NCBI GenBank assembly: GCA_035506935.1
Contig: DATJOQ010000336.1
Span: 1 to 32,620 of the forward strand
From: Candidatus Binataceae bacterium
Lineage (GTDB): Bacteria > Desulfobacterota > Binatia > Binatales > Binataceae
Length of the DNA stretch: 32,620 bases
Direction: 5' to 3'
Positions 25,047-32,620 of this stretch are shown in pieces. The notes under the pieces are model-generated. The model saw only the letters and a list, made by a program, of their open reading frames with translations, made no database searches and was not told the origin of the DNA. The stretch's first letter is position 1, and each line of letters starts with the position of its first letter. The position numbers and the translations under genes are program-made.

Positions 25047-25898
25047 ATGAAACAGTCATCGCCCGAAAATTCAACCGCGCCGGAGCCCGCGATTCCCGCC
25101 GTCCCGCTCACCACCGAGGGATTCGCCGTGCTTCATCAGATGTTCCGCGTGGCGCGCTCACCTCTGAGGGCGCTGGGCTCATCCGAACGTCAGCGAATCG
25201 TATCGCAGGCCGTCGCGATGCTCGAGCAGATGGCGCGGCGCGAGGACGGCGAGAGCGCGATTTTCTCCCAGCTCGGGCACAAAGGCGATCTCATGGTGCT
25301 CCACTTTCGGCGCACCTTCGACGAACTCAATCGCGCCGAAGTGGCCCTCGCCAATCTCGAGCTTAGCGACTATCTCGAACCAACGACGTCCTACCTTTCG
25401 GTTATCGAGCTCGGCGTCTACGAAGCCTCTGTCGCGTTCTATCGCGATCTGCTCGCCAAAGGCATGAAGCCTCATTCCGACGAATGGACCGCCGCGGTCG
25501 CCGCCGAGCTCGATCGCCAGCGCGCCAAGATGGCCACGCGACTCTATCCCAAGATCCCGCGCGCCCGTTATCTGTGCTTCTACCCGATGGACAAGAAGCG
25601 CGAGGGCGCCGACAACTGGTACCGCCTGCCGATCGAGCATCGGCGCGACCTGATGCGTGAGCATGGGATGGTCGGCCGCCGCTACGCCGGCGAAGTCACC
25701 CAGATTATCTCGGGCTCGATCGGCTTCGACGACTGGGAATGGGGCGTCGATCTGTTCGCCGAAGATCCACTGGTTTTCAAGAAGCTGGTCTACGAGATGC
25801 GCTTCGACGAGGCCAGCGCCGGCTACGGCAAATTCGGTGCTTTCTATTTTGCGATTCGGCTGGAACCTTCTGACCTCGGTCAGAATTTGATCGGTTAG
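25047..25898 (+). CDS. chlorite dismutase family protein (HemQ/ChdC-like)
   Basis: Blocks FAVLHQMFRV, YLCFYPMDKKR, NWYRLPIEHRRDLMREHG and ISGSIGFDDWEWGVDLF are typical of the Cld/HemQ family. The start is uncertain: ATG at 25047 or GTG at 25011. Confidence 0.83.
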   Translation: MKQSSPENSTAPEPAIPAVPLTTEGFAVLHQMFRVARSPLRALGSSERQRIVSQAVAMLEQMARREDGESAIFSQLGHKGDLMVLHFRRTFDELNRAEVALANLELSDYLEPTTSYLSVIELGVYEASVAFYRDLLAKGMKPHSDEWTAAVAAELDRQRAKMATRLYPKIPRARYLCFYPMDKKREGADNWYRLPIEHRRDLMREHGMVGRRYAGEVTQIISGSIGFDDWEWGVDLFAEDPLVFKKLVYEMRFDEASAGYGKFGAFYFAIRLEPSDLGQNLIG

Positions 25899-25966
25899 AG
25901 CGCCGATCTTCGTCAATACCTGGGCGGCTCGCTCTCGCCGCCAACCACTGGATAGGTGCTCTGGAG

Positions 25967-27157
25967 ATGCCTCATACTTTGCAGGGACTCACGGTAATCG
26001 ACCTGACGCAAAACGTCGCCGGCCCGTATTGCACGCAGCTGCTCGGCGATTTCGGCGCCACTGTTTTCAAAATCGAGCGCCCCAATACCGGCGACGACGC
26101 CCGTAGCTGGGCTCCCCTCACCGGCCACAACGAATCCACCACCTTTCTCGCGCTCAATCGTAACAAGAAAAGCATCTGCGTCGATCTCGACCATGCGATG
26201 GGCCAGGAAGTGGTGCGCAAGATGGTCGCCAAAGCCGACGTCTTCGTTCATTCGATGCGTCCCGACAGCGTCGATTCACGCGGTTTCAGCTACCATCATC
26301 TGTCCGCCGAAAATCCCGGATTGATCTACTGCTCGATCAGCGCCTTCGGCGAGGTCGGACCGCTCAAAAATCTCCCCGGCTACGATCCGCTGATTCAGGC
26401 CTACACCGGAATCATGAGCGTCACCGGCCATCCCGGACAGCCGCCCGTGCGCGCCGGCGTCTCGATCGTCGATATGGCGACCGGCATGTGGGCCTTTATC
26501 GGAACCATGGCTGCGGTGCTTGAGCGCAGCCGCACAGGGCAGGGCGCTCGCGTGACCGCCAGCCTGCTCGAAACCGGCGTCGGATGGATGGCGCTGCTGT
26601 TGTCGAACTACCTCACCACCGGCAACGTTCCGCAACCGGTCGGCTCCGGCTCTCCCATGATCGCGCCCTACGAAGCCTTCCAGACCGCGGACAGTTGGAT
26701 GCTGATTGCGGCGGGCAACGAACGCCTGTTCGCCAATCTCTGCCAGGTTCTGAAGCTGCCGGAGCTGACCAGCGATCCGCGCTTCGCCGTCAACAAGCAG
26801 CGCGTCACCAATCGCGTCGAGCTGCATCGCATCATCGAAGAGGTCACCAAAAAGCGCCCCTCGGAAGATTGGGTAAAGCTGATGCAGAAAGCCGGCGTCC
26901 CCTGCAGCGCAATCAACAGCGTCGACAAGCTGCGCGACGACGCCCAGGTAACCGCGCTCGATATGATCAAATCACCGCCGAACTTCGCCGCGCCGGATTT
27001 CAAAATCGTCGACGTTCCGGTTTCCGTGAACGGCCAAAGAGCGGCGCTCGAGTCCAAACCGCCCGCGCTCGGCGACCACACCGACGAGCTGCTGCGATGG
27101 GCCGGCTTCTTTGACGAGGAAATAGCCTCGCTGAGGCACCAGCGCGCGGTGAGCTGA
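25967..27157 (+). CDS. class III CoA-transferase (CaiB/BaiF family)
   Basis: The N-terminus LQGLTVIDLTQNVAGPYCTQLLGDFGATVFKIERP is the family signature. A mid-protein SIVDMATG block is present. The length is 396 aa. Confidence 0.9.
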   Translation: MPHTLQGLTVIDLTQNVAGPYCTQLLGDFGATVFKIERPNTGDDARSWAPLTGHNESTTFLALNRNKKSICVDLDHAMGQEVVRKMVAKADVFVHSMRPDSVDSRGFSYHHLSAENPGLIYCSISAFGEVGPLKNLPGYDPLIQAYTGIMSVTGHPGQPPVRAGVSIVDMATGMWAFIGTMAAVLERSRTGQGARVTASLLETGVGWMALLLSNYLTTGNVPQPVGSGSPMIAPYEAFQTADSWMLIAAGNERLFANLCQVLKLPELTSDPRFAVNKQRVTNRVELHRIIEEVTKKRPSEDWVKLMQKAGVPCSAINSVDKLRDDAQVTALDMIKSPPNFAAPDFKIVDVPVSVNGQRAALESKPPALGDHTDELLRWAGFFDEEIASLRHQRAVS

Positions 27158-27185
27158 TGGTTAGATTATTCAAGGAGCCGATGCG

Positions 27186-27821
27186 ATGAGATTGCACTCG
27201 CACAGTGAATACGCTGATAAACTAATCTCGCGCCGCAAGATCCTCGCCGCGATGATCGCGCTCCCGGCCGTGCTGTCGCTGGGCTTCGAATTTTCGGCGC
27301 GCGCCGACGATCCCAACGCGGGGCCGAACGTCCCCGGCCGCCAGCCGATACGTGTACGATTGGTCGAATTCGACGACTCAGGAAAAAGGAAGGGAACTGT
27401 GATGGCTGATAAAGTCGTAAAAACCGACGCCGAATGGAAAAAAATGCTGACCCCCGAGGAGTACGAAGTCACCCGCCAGAAGGGCACCGAGCGTCCGTTC
27501 ACCGGCAAGTACGCCGAATCGCACGACAAGGGTGTCTACCGATGCGTCTGTTGCGGCAACGCGCTTTTCAGCTCCGATACCAAGTACGACTCCGGCACCG
27601 GATGGCCCAGTTTCTGGCAGCCGATCGCGCCGGAAAACGTCGAGACCGAAACCGACAATTCATATTTCATGACGCGCACCGAGGTGATGTGCTCCAAGTG
27701 CGACGCCCATCTCGGCCACGTCTTCAACGACGGCCCGCAACCAACCGGCCTCCGCTATTGCATGAACTCCGCCGCCCTCAACCTGGTCAAAAAGGACGCC
27801 AAAGAAGAAAAGGAAGGCTAG
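27186..27821 (+). CDS. msrB: peptide-methionine (R)-S-oxide reductase MsrB with N-terminal twin-arginine signal
   Basis: The core has two CxxC pairs (CVCCGN, CSKCDAH) and the catalytic [12 protein letters not shown] lies 8 nt upstream of the ATG at 27186. The N-terminal extension carries [26 protein letters not shown]. An internal ATG at 27402 with AGGAAGGGA upstream is an alternative start. Confidence 0.88.
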   Translation: MRLHSHSEYADKLISRRKILAAMIALPAVLSLGFEFSARADDPNAGPNVPGRQPIRVRLVEFDDSGKRKGTVMADKVVKTDAEWKKMLTPEEYEVTRQKGTERPFTGKYAESHDKGVYRCVCCGNALFSSDTKYDSGTGWPSFWQPIAPENVETETDNSYFMTRTEVMCSKCDAHLGHVFNDGPQPTGLRYCMNSAALNLVKKDAKEEKEG

Positions 27822-27840
27822 GTTTTTCCGCACCGCCACT

Positions 27841-27893
27841 TTGTTATTCTGGGCGTAGGCTTTGCGCAGCGAAGAATCGCCGCGAAGCGATTC
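27841..27893 (+). repeat. extragenic repeat family 1, copy C1
   Basis: Matches copy B at 46 of 53 positions by my alignment. It starts 20 nt after the msrB stop. Confidence 0.8.
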
Positions 27894-27900
27894 GCTACTT
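27874..27900 (+). terminator. possible terminator hairpin within repeat copy C1
   Basis: GAATCGC (27874-27880) pairs perfectly with GCGATTC (27887-27893) around a 6-nt loop. It is followed by GCTACTTTT. It lies downstream of msrB. Confidence 0.35.
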
Positions 27901-27903
27901 TTC

Positions 27904-27950
27904 CTGTCATTTCGAGCGGAGTCTGCGAAGCGAGAAATCCCGGATCCGCT
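27904..27950 (+). repeat. extragenic repeat family 1, copy C2 (diverged)
   Basis: CTGTCATTTCGAGCGGAGTCTGCGAAGCGAGAAATCCCGGATCCG aligns to copy A with scattered substitutions. It lies in tandem with C1. Confidence 0.65.
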
Positions 27951-27995
27951 TGTCGAATGGGAGTAGCCGCAACTTTCCCGCGATGACTTTCCAAT

Positions 27996-28037
27996 CCCCT
28001 CTGCCGCATTCCCCGCGGGAGAGGGTGAGGGTGAGGG
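27996..28037. repeat. extragenic repeat family 2 unit
   Basis: CCCCTCTGCCGCATTCCCCGCGGGAGAGGGTGAGGGTGAGGG shares its CCCCTCT and GGAGAGGGTGAGGG ends with 2575-2610. A partial family-1 fragment (GGAGCGATTCGCT) follows at about 28055-28067. Confidence 0.65.
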
Positions 28038-28139
28038 CCCCGACCGATCCACGCGGAGCGATTCGCTGATCTCCCGCCGCCCCTCGCTTGTTACACCCCC
28101 CCCACTCAATCACAATTAAATCCTCGAGGTCCGATCACC

Positions 28140-29342
28140 ATGAGCGAGCCGGCCGCCGACGTTTACTTCAACCCATGGGACGAAGCCTTCCGCGCCAATC
28201 CCTACCCGCACTATCGCAAACTGCACGACGGCCCGCCGCGCATCCTCAAGACCTTCATGTCGATGGCCCTCGTGGCGCGCTACGCCGACGTCACCCGCGC
28301 GCTCCGCGATTGGGAGCGCTTTTCCAGCGTTCCCTATCGAACCCCGCTGATCGAGGAGCGCGTCAAGGTCTTCGGCGATACCCCGCGCGTGCTGTTCTCC
28401 GATCCGCCCGTTCATACCCGCCTGCGCCGCCTGGTCTCGCCCGCCTTCACCCCGCGACGCATCCGCGCGCTCGAGCCGCTGATTCGCGAGACCACCGATC
28501 GATTACTCGATAAGGTCGCGGCTAAGGGCGACTTCGAGGTAATGGCCGATCTTGCCAATCCTCTGCCGGTGACAGTGATCGCGCACGTGCTCGGCGTCGA
28601 TACCGCCCACTACGAAAGTTTCAAGCGATGGTCCAACGCGGTTATCGAGGCCGATAACACGCTTCCCGGGATGAAGCTCCCCGATTCGGTGGGCGAGGCG
28701 TTCGCCGTCCTGCGCTCCTATTTCAGCGAGGAGATCGAAAAACGCCGGCGCAAGCCCGGCGACGATCTGATAAGCGTCCTGGTCACCGCGCACGAGGAAG
28801 CGGAAGCGCTCAGCGCCGACGAGCTGCTGACCTTCGTCGTTCTGCTTCTGCTCGCCGGTAACGAAACCACCACCAATCTGATCGGCAACGGCATGCTCGC
28901 GCTCGGCCGCAACCCGGATCAGCTCGCGCTCCTGCGGAAAGAGCCCTCCCTGATGCCGCGCGCGATCGAAGAGATGCTGCGATACGACAGCCCGGTGCAG
29001 TCGACCGTGCGTTATCCCAAACAGGACGTCGAACTCGGCGGCGTTACGATTCCCGCGCAGACGCTGGTTTTCGTGATCGTCGCGGCCGCAAATCGCGATC
29101 CCGCCCAATTCAAGGATCCTGATACCTTCGACCTCACGCGCGATCCCAACTATCACGTCTCCTTCGGCGAGGGCATCCATTATTGCCTGGGCGCGCCGCT
29201 CGCCCGCCTCGAAGGTACCATCGCGATCAGCCGCATCCTCGAGCGCTTCCCCCATCTGCGCCTCACCGAACCTTACATCCCCACCTACAAAGGTTCGTAT
29301 TTCCTGCGCGGCTTGCACGCGCTGCCGATGACTATCCGCTAG
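28140..29342 (+). CDS. cytochrome P450
   Basis: The heme-ligand loop FGEGIHYCLGAPLARLE, the I-helix LLLAGNETTT and an EMLR (ExxR) motif are present. The length is 400 aa. Confidence 0.93.
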   Translation: MSEPAADVYFNPWDEAFRANPYPHYRKLHDGPPRILKTFMSMALVARYADVTRALRDWERFSSVPYRTPLIEERVKVFGDTPRVLFSDPPVHTRLRRLVSPAFTPRRIRALEPLIRETTDRLLDKVAAKGDFEVMADLANPLPVTVIAHVLGVDTAHYESFKRWSNAVIEADNTLPGMKLPDSVGEAFAVLRSYFSEEIEKRRRKPGDDLISVLVTAHEEAEALSADELLTFVVLLLLAGNETTTNLIGNGMLALGRNPDQLALLRKEPSLMPRAIEEMLRYDSPVQSTVRYPKQDVELGGVTIPAQTLVFVIVAAANRDPAQFKDPDTFDLTRDPNYHVSFGEGIHYCLGAPLARLEGTIAISRILERFPHLRLTEPYIPTYKGSYFLRGLHALPMTIR

Positions 29343-29525
29343 ATACCCGCATCAGCGCCTCCCCTCCGCCGATCTTTTTCGCTCGCGCTCGCGCTTACGC
29401 TAATGCGCTATCCCGATGTGCGCGAATCACCGTGCCGGTCTGATCGCTCGCTTCGATCGTACCGTTGACAGATGACCAACCGTGAACTAATGCACGCATG
29501 CAATCCAAAGGAGAGTCATACCTGT

Positions 29526-30011
29526 ATGGTTACACGCCGCCAGATGATGAAAACGCTCGCCGTTGGTTCCACCATGTTAGGTTCGGCCCTTGTTCCGATG
29601 CTCTCCGCGATCGCTCAAGAGCCCTCCCGACAGGACCTGGCGCACGAACGGTTCGCTCAAAACGACCACGGTGATCAGCCCTCCCTGATGCAGGGCATCA
29701 AGATCGCCAACATCCTCGAACAGAAATTGCCCGACGGCAAGGTAGTGAACATCGTCACGGTCGTGTTCCCGCCGGGAGTCGAAGAAACGCCGCATCGCCA
29801 TCCCGGACCCGTCTTCGGCTATGTCTTGGAGGGCGCGCTGGTTACCCAGGTCGAGCCCGGCAAGGTCGTCACCTACCAGAAGGGCGACGCTTGGTACGAG
29901 CCGCCAATGCATATCCATAGCGTGGCCCGCAGCGCGAGCAAGACCCGCCCCGCGAAAATATTAGCCCTGCTGATACATGAGAAGGGTCAGCAGCTGGTGA
30001 TGCCAGCCTGA
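29526..30011 (+). CDS. cupin-domain protein with twin-arginine signal peptide
   Basis: The start is placed at MVTRRQMMKTLAVGSTMLGSALVPMLSAIAQE, with AAGGAGAG 10 nt upstream. Cupin-like His motifs HRHPGPVFGYVLEG and MHIHSV are present. Confidence 0.72.
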   Translation: MVTRRQMMKTLAVGSTMLGSALVPMLSAIAQEPSRQDLAHERFAQNDHGDQPSLMQGIKIANILEQKLPDGKVVNIVTVVFPPGVEETPHRHPGPVFGYVLEGALVTQVEPGKVVTYQKGDAWYEPPMHIHSVARSASKTRPAKILALLIHEKGQQLVMPA

Positions 30012-30030
30012 ATCTGTGTTTTAAATCCAT

Positions 30031-30109
30031 ATGGCTCGCTGGCTCGTATATCTCTGCGATTGGAGCCGCTAAGGCTCACATTCCGCGTGAATTTTTACCA
30101 GCGAGCCGT
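30031..30109 (+). other. long-range inverted repeat directly after the cupin gene
   Basis: GGCTCGCTGG (30033-30042) is the exact reverse complement of CCAGCGAGCC (30098-30107). The stem extends to 12 bp with one G-U pair, and the loop is 55 nt. It lies at the start of a ~520-nt gap with no credible ORF. Confidence 0.5.
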
Positions 30110-30533
30110 TAATGTTCACCGATCCTCCCAACCATCATCAACAATTGTCACATTGCTGCTCGTTTGAGTCATATCTGCTTATCGCGTATAGTTTTGGGGC
30201 CGGCACGGGCGCCGATTACCTAAACGTTGCTAAGTCGGCCTGAAAACGCTAATAGAGGACGCCTGTTGGCTGGGGGATTTTATCGGCTCGCGCAACGCTC
30301 ATACGCTGTCCGAGCTTAGCGGAATCGGGAGTTCCCGGGTTTCTCGTGAGTTGTCTTCACCTTCTAGAACTCTCCGGCGATCGGGCCCTGAAAGCTTGCG
30401 GCCCTCTCTTGCCCTCGCCGGAGCAACATTCAACAAACAGTCGGCTTTCCTGGATTGCCAGGCAAGGTCGCCCAAACGGTCGGCTCGCCTTAGTGGGGAA
30501 AGGGAGCTCTAGGACGGAGTCTGCAGGAGATTC

Positions 30534-31868
30534 ATGAAGCGCTATTCAATTGCGATGATCGCTCCGTGCCCCTTCCCAGCGAATTATGGCACCCCAGGCG
30601 CCATTCGCGAGATGTGCGAAACCCTGTCCGCGCGCGGACATCAGGTCCACATCATCACCTATCCCTTCGGTGAAGATCTGCCGATCGGTACGGCCAAGCT
30701 CTGGCGCCCCTGGTATTGGAGCAAATCGAGCAAGCTCCACGCAGGCCCGTCCTGTAAAAAAATCCTGCTCGATCTTTTCCTGCTGCTCAAAGTCCTGCGC
30801 GTTGTCCGCTCCGAAAAAATCGATCTGATTCACGGCCACAACTACGAAGGCGCGCTCATCGGATGGGTCGCGAAGCTCTTCACCGGAAAGCCGCTCGTCT
30901 ATAACGCGGTCAACCTGATGGCCGATGAGTTGCCGACCTACGGCTTCATCAAGCCTGCTTTCCTCGCCGGACCGATCGCCCGTTTCCTCGACCGCATCGT
31001 CACCCGCATCCCCGACTACTTCATCACCGTTACCAAAAATCTGGGCGACGCTCTGCAACAGCGCGGTGCTCCCGCCGGACGCATCACGTTTGTTGCCTGC
31101 GGCGTTAAGACCGCGATGTTCGACGGCAGCAACGGCGAAGCGCTGCGCGCTCGTCACGAAGTAGGGCAGCGTCCGGTCGTGATGTACACCGGCATCAACA
31201 GCCCCTTCCAGCGCATCGACCATCTGCTGCGCGCTTTCTCCCTGACGCTTCAGGCCGAGCCCACCGCCCTGCTGATGGTGGTAAGCCCGCTCAAGCACGA
31301 TCCCGATCTGGCGCCCAATCGCGAGCTCGCGGAATCGCTCGGTATCAGTCAGTCCGTCAGATGGATCGAAGGCCAGACCCTTGCCGAGCTCCCGGACTAT
31401 CTCGCGATGGCTAACGTGACCGCGATCTCGCGTCCCGAGGTTCCCGGCCATCCCATCAAGCTGCTGAACTACATGGCCGCCGCCAAACCCATCGTATGCT
31501 TCGAGGGCGCTGCCAAGGGCGTGCGCCACATGAAGGAAGCCTACGTGGTGCCCGATCACGATTGGCAGGCGCTGGGCCGCGGCATCGTCGCGCTGATGCG
31601 CAATCCGGAGCTTGCCACCCGATTAGGCCAACGAGCCAAACAGGTCGTCGCCCGCGATTTCGATTGGTCGCGCCTGTGCGCCAAGGTCGAGCATATCTAC
31701 GACGGCCTGATGGCCGCCGAACCGGTGGCGCTCGAACTGGAACGCGTCAGGACCCCGCGCCGACGCACCGGCAGCTTCGCCAAGCACGAGCCCGCCGAAG
31801 TGGTCTCGCTCGACGAAGCCCGCGAGCCGATCGTCCCTATCGTAAGCGGCGTGAAAGAATCGGCGTAA
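30534..31868 (+). CDS. glycosyltransferase, GT4-like (GT-B fold)
   Basis: The N-terminus is SIAMIAPCPFPANYGTPGAIREMCETLSARGHQVHIITY. The C-terminal half has a nucleotide-sugar-binding-like block PEVPGHPIKLLNYMAAAKPIVCF. The length is 444 aa. Confidence 0.85.
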   Translation: MKRYSIAMIAPCPFPANYGTPGAIREMCETLSARGHQVHIITYPFGEDLPIGTAKLWRPWYWSKSSKLHAGPSCKKILLDLFLLLKVLRVVRSEKIDLIHGHNYEGALIGWVAKLFTGKPLVYNAVNLMADELPTYGFIKPAFLAGPIARFLDRIVTRIPDYFITVTKNLGDALQQRGAPAGRITFVACGVKTAMFDGSNGEALRARHEVGQRPVVMYTGINSPFQRIDHLLRAFSLTLQAEPTALLMVVSPLKHDPDLAPNRELAESLGISQSVRWIEGQTLAELPDYLAMANVTAISRPEVPGHPIKLLNYMAAAKPIVCFEGAAKGVRHMKEAYVVPDHDWQALGRGIVALMRNPELATRLGQRAKQVVARDFDWSRLCAKVEHIYDGLMAAEPVALELERVRTPRRRTGSFAKHEPAEVVSLDEAREPIVPIVSGVKESA

Positions 31869-31888
31869 GCCATCCCTCACGTACCGAC

Positions 31889-32482
31889 TCACACCGGAAG
31901 CCGACTGGCAGGCCGGTAGACGTTGATGAGCACGCCCTTGGGCGTGCTCCGCGTGTCGATCAGGGTAAGCCCGCGCGGCGGGACGCCATTTTCGAACAGC
32001 CGCTTTCCTTCGCCCAGCACCACCGGGAACACCCACAGGCGATATTCGTCGACGAGTTCGGCGGCGATCAGCGTCTGGAGCAATTCACCGCTGCCCCAGA
32101 TGTGCAACTCCGGCCCATCCGATGCCTTCAGCCGGCGTACCCCGTCCACCACGTCACTGCCTATCCGTTGCGAGTTCTTCCAGTCGAGTTGGTCGAGGCT
32201 GCGGGTGGCGACGTATTTCGTCGCTTTGTTGAACGCCTTGGCGATTGGATTGTCGCCCTGGTTCGGCCAGTAGGCGGCGAAGATCTCGTAGGTCCGGCGT
32301 CCCAAAAGCATGTCGAAATCACCGGCGATTGTCTCGCCGACAACCTGCCTCACAGCGTCGTCCAACAATCGCATGGCCCAGCCTCCATGGATGAACCCGT
32401 TCCTCGGATCCTCGTCGGGGCTACCGGGCGCCTGCATGACCCCGTCCACCGTGACTTGGGTAATGGCGATAAGCTTTCTCAT
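31889..32482 (-). CDS. dihydrofolate reductase-like protein (RibD C-terminal domain family)
   Basis: The start is placed at MRKLIAITQVTVDGVMQAPG. The motifs LLGRRTYE and HIWGSGELLQTL are typical of the RibD_C/YwjB-like family. Confidence 0.83.
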   Translation of the reverse strand: MRKLIAITQVTVDGVMQAPGSPDEDPRNGFIHGGWAMRLLDDAVRQVVGETIAGDFDMLLGRRTYEIFAAYWPNQGDNPIAKAFNKATKYVATRSLDQLDWKNSQRIGSDVVDGVRRLKASDGPELHIWGSGELLQTLIAAELVDEYRLWVFPVVLGEGKRLFENGVPPRGLTLIDTRSTPKGVLINVYRPASRLPV

Positions 32483-32620
32483 TGGTTCTCTCACTCGACA
32501 ATAACAGTCCCCCGCGCTTCCTGCCGATGGACTCTATCCGCCGAACGCGCTAGCTTCTGACTTTGCGCAACCGCGCAAGTTTCTAATCTATCTGAGCGGC
32601 TTCAGTGATGGGCCGCGCAC

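Noticed and set aside
29465-29493. TTGACA-N17-TAATGC upstream of the cupin gene as a promoter
   Set aside because: The -35 element is perfect, but the -10 element is poor and lacks the final T. The evidence is insufficient for a feature call.
30190-30345. GGGGCCGGCACGGG... segment checked as a possible tmRNA or tRNA-like gene
   Set aside because: It has no T-arm (GGTTCGAATCC-like) sequence, no acceptor or CCA-proximal pairing, and no plausible tag reading frame ending in a hydrophobic AA-stop.
30346-30537. 63-aa GTG-start ORF in the long gap before the GT4 gene
   Set aside because: It has no ribosome-binding site and an unremarkable composition, and it overlaps the GT4 start. It is retained only as a note under the non-coding-gap finding.
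30546-31559. 337-aa minus-strand ORF antisense to the GT4 gene
   Set aside because: It is a shadow ORF. The + strand product has a clear GT-B/GT4-like sequence and a start codon right after the long gap.
31496-32560. 354-aa + strand ORF spanning the GT4 3' end and the DHFR-like gene in antisense
   Set aside because: It is extremely Arg/Pro-rich. It overlaps two better-supported genes.
1-32620. Scan for CRISPR arrays, tRNA or rRNA genes, IS elements, integrases, toxin-antitoxin pairs and known defence-system genes
   Set aside because: I found no regularly spaced short repeats, no tRNA cloverleaf-like segments in the intergenic gaps, and no transposase, integrase or nuclease/ATPase defence-type proteins among the translations.

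Overview
This is a high-GC bacterial chromosomal segment, densely coding on both strands. I count about 29 credible protein genes. I see no rRNA, tRNA, CRISPR array, transposase or integrase. All function calls rest on motifs recognised by eye in the supplied translations; no database search was run.

Gene content:
- Housekeeping: ald, guaA, gltX, an AAG/Mpg-type DNA glycosylase, msrB.
- Redox and catabolic enzymes: an SDR, a MetE-like protein, a dienelactone hydrolase-SnoaL fusion, a MOSC-FNR-2Fe2S protein, a chlorite-dismutase-family protein, a class III CoA-transferase, a cytochrome P450, a cupin and a RibD_C/DHFR-like protein.
- Envelope: two consecutive GT-C-like polytopic membrane proteins and a GT4 glycosyltransferase.
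- Signalling: a CheR-PAS-GAF protein, a 1585-aa hybrid histidine kinase (6 PAS, 2 REC, Hpt), a CheY-like regulator and a divergent receiver-fold protein.

Most notable observations:
1. A 505-bp AT-richer insertion holds one orphan ORF. It is bracketed by a 32-bp perfect direct repeat that duplicates the 3' end of the upstream gene, with only synonymous differences in the extension. This looks like an att-like scar.
2. Two families of extragenic repeats sit only behind + strand genes. They bracket the MetE-like gene and form a composite block between msrB and the P450 gene.
3. A MOSC-NTF2-Mpg gene string may be a purine base-analogue and base-damage module, with a 20-codon upstream ORF coupled to it.
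4. msrB carries a twin-arginine signal and also has an internal alternative start.
5. An output-less CheR-PAS-GAF gene lies divergent from the GT-C pair.
6. The hybrid kinase is followed by a CheY-like gene, a small membrane protein and a phasin-like protein with a basic tail.

I did not find a self-evident novel multi-gene system such as a defence island. The items above are hypotheses ranked by how directly the sequence supports them.
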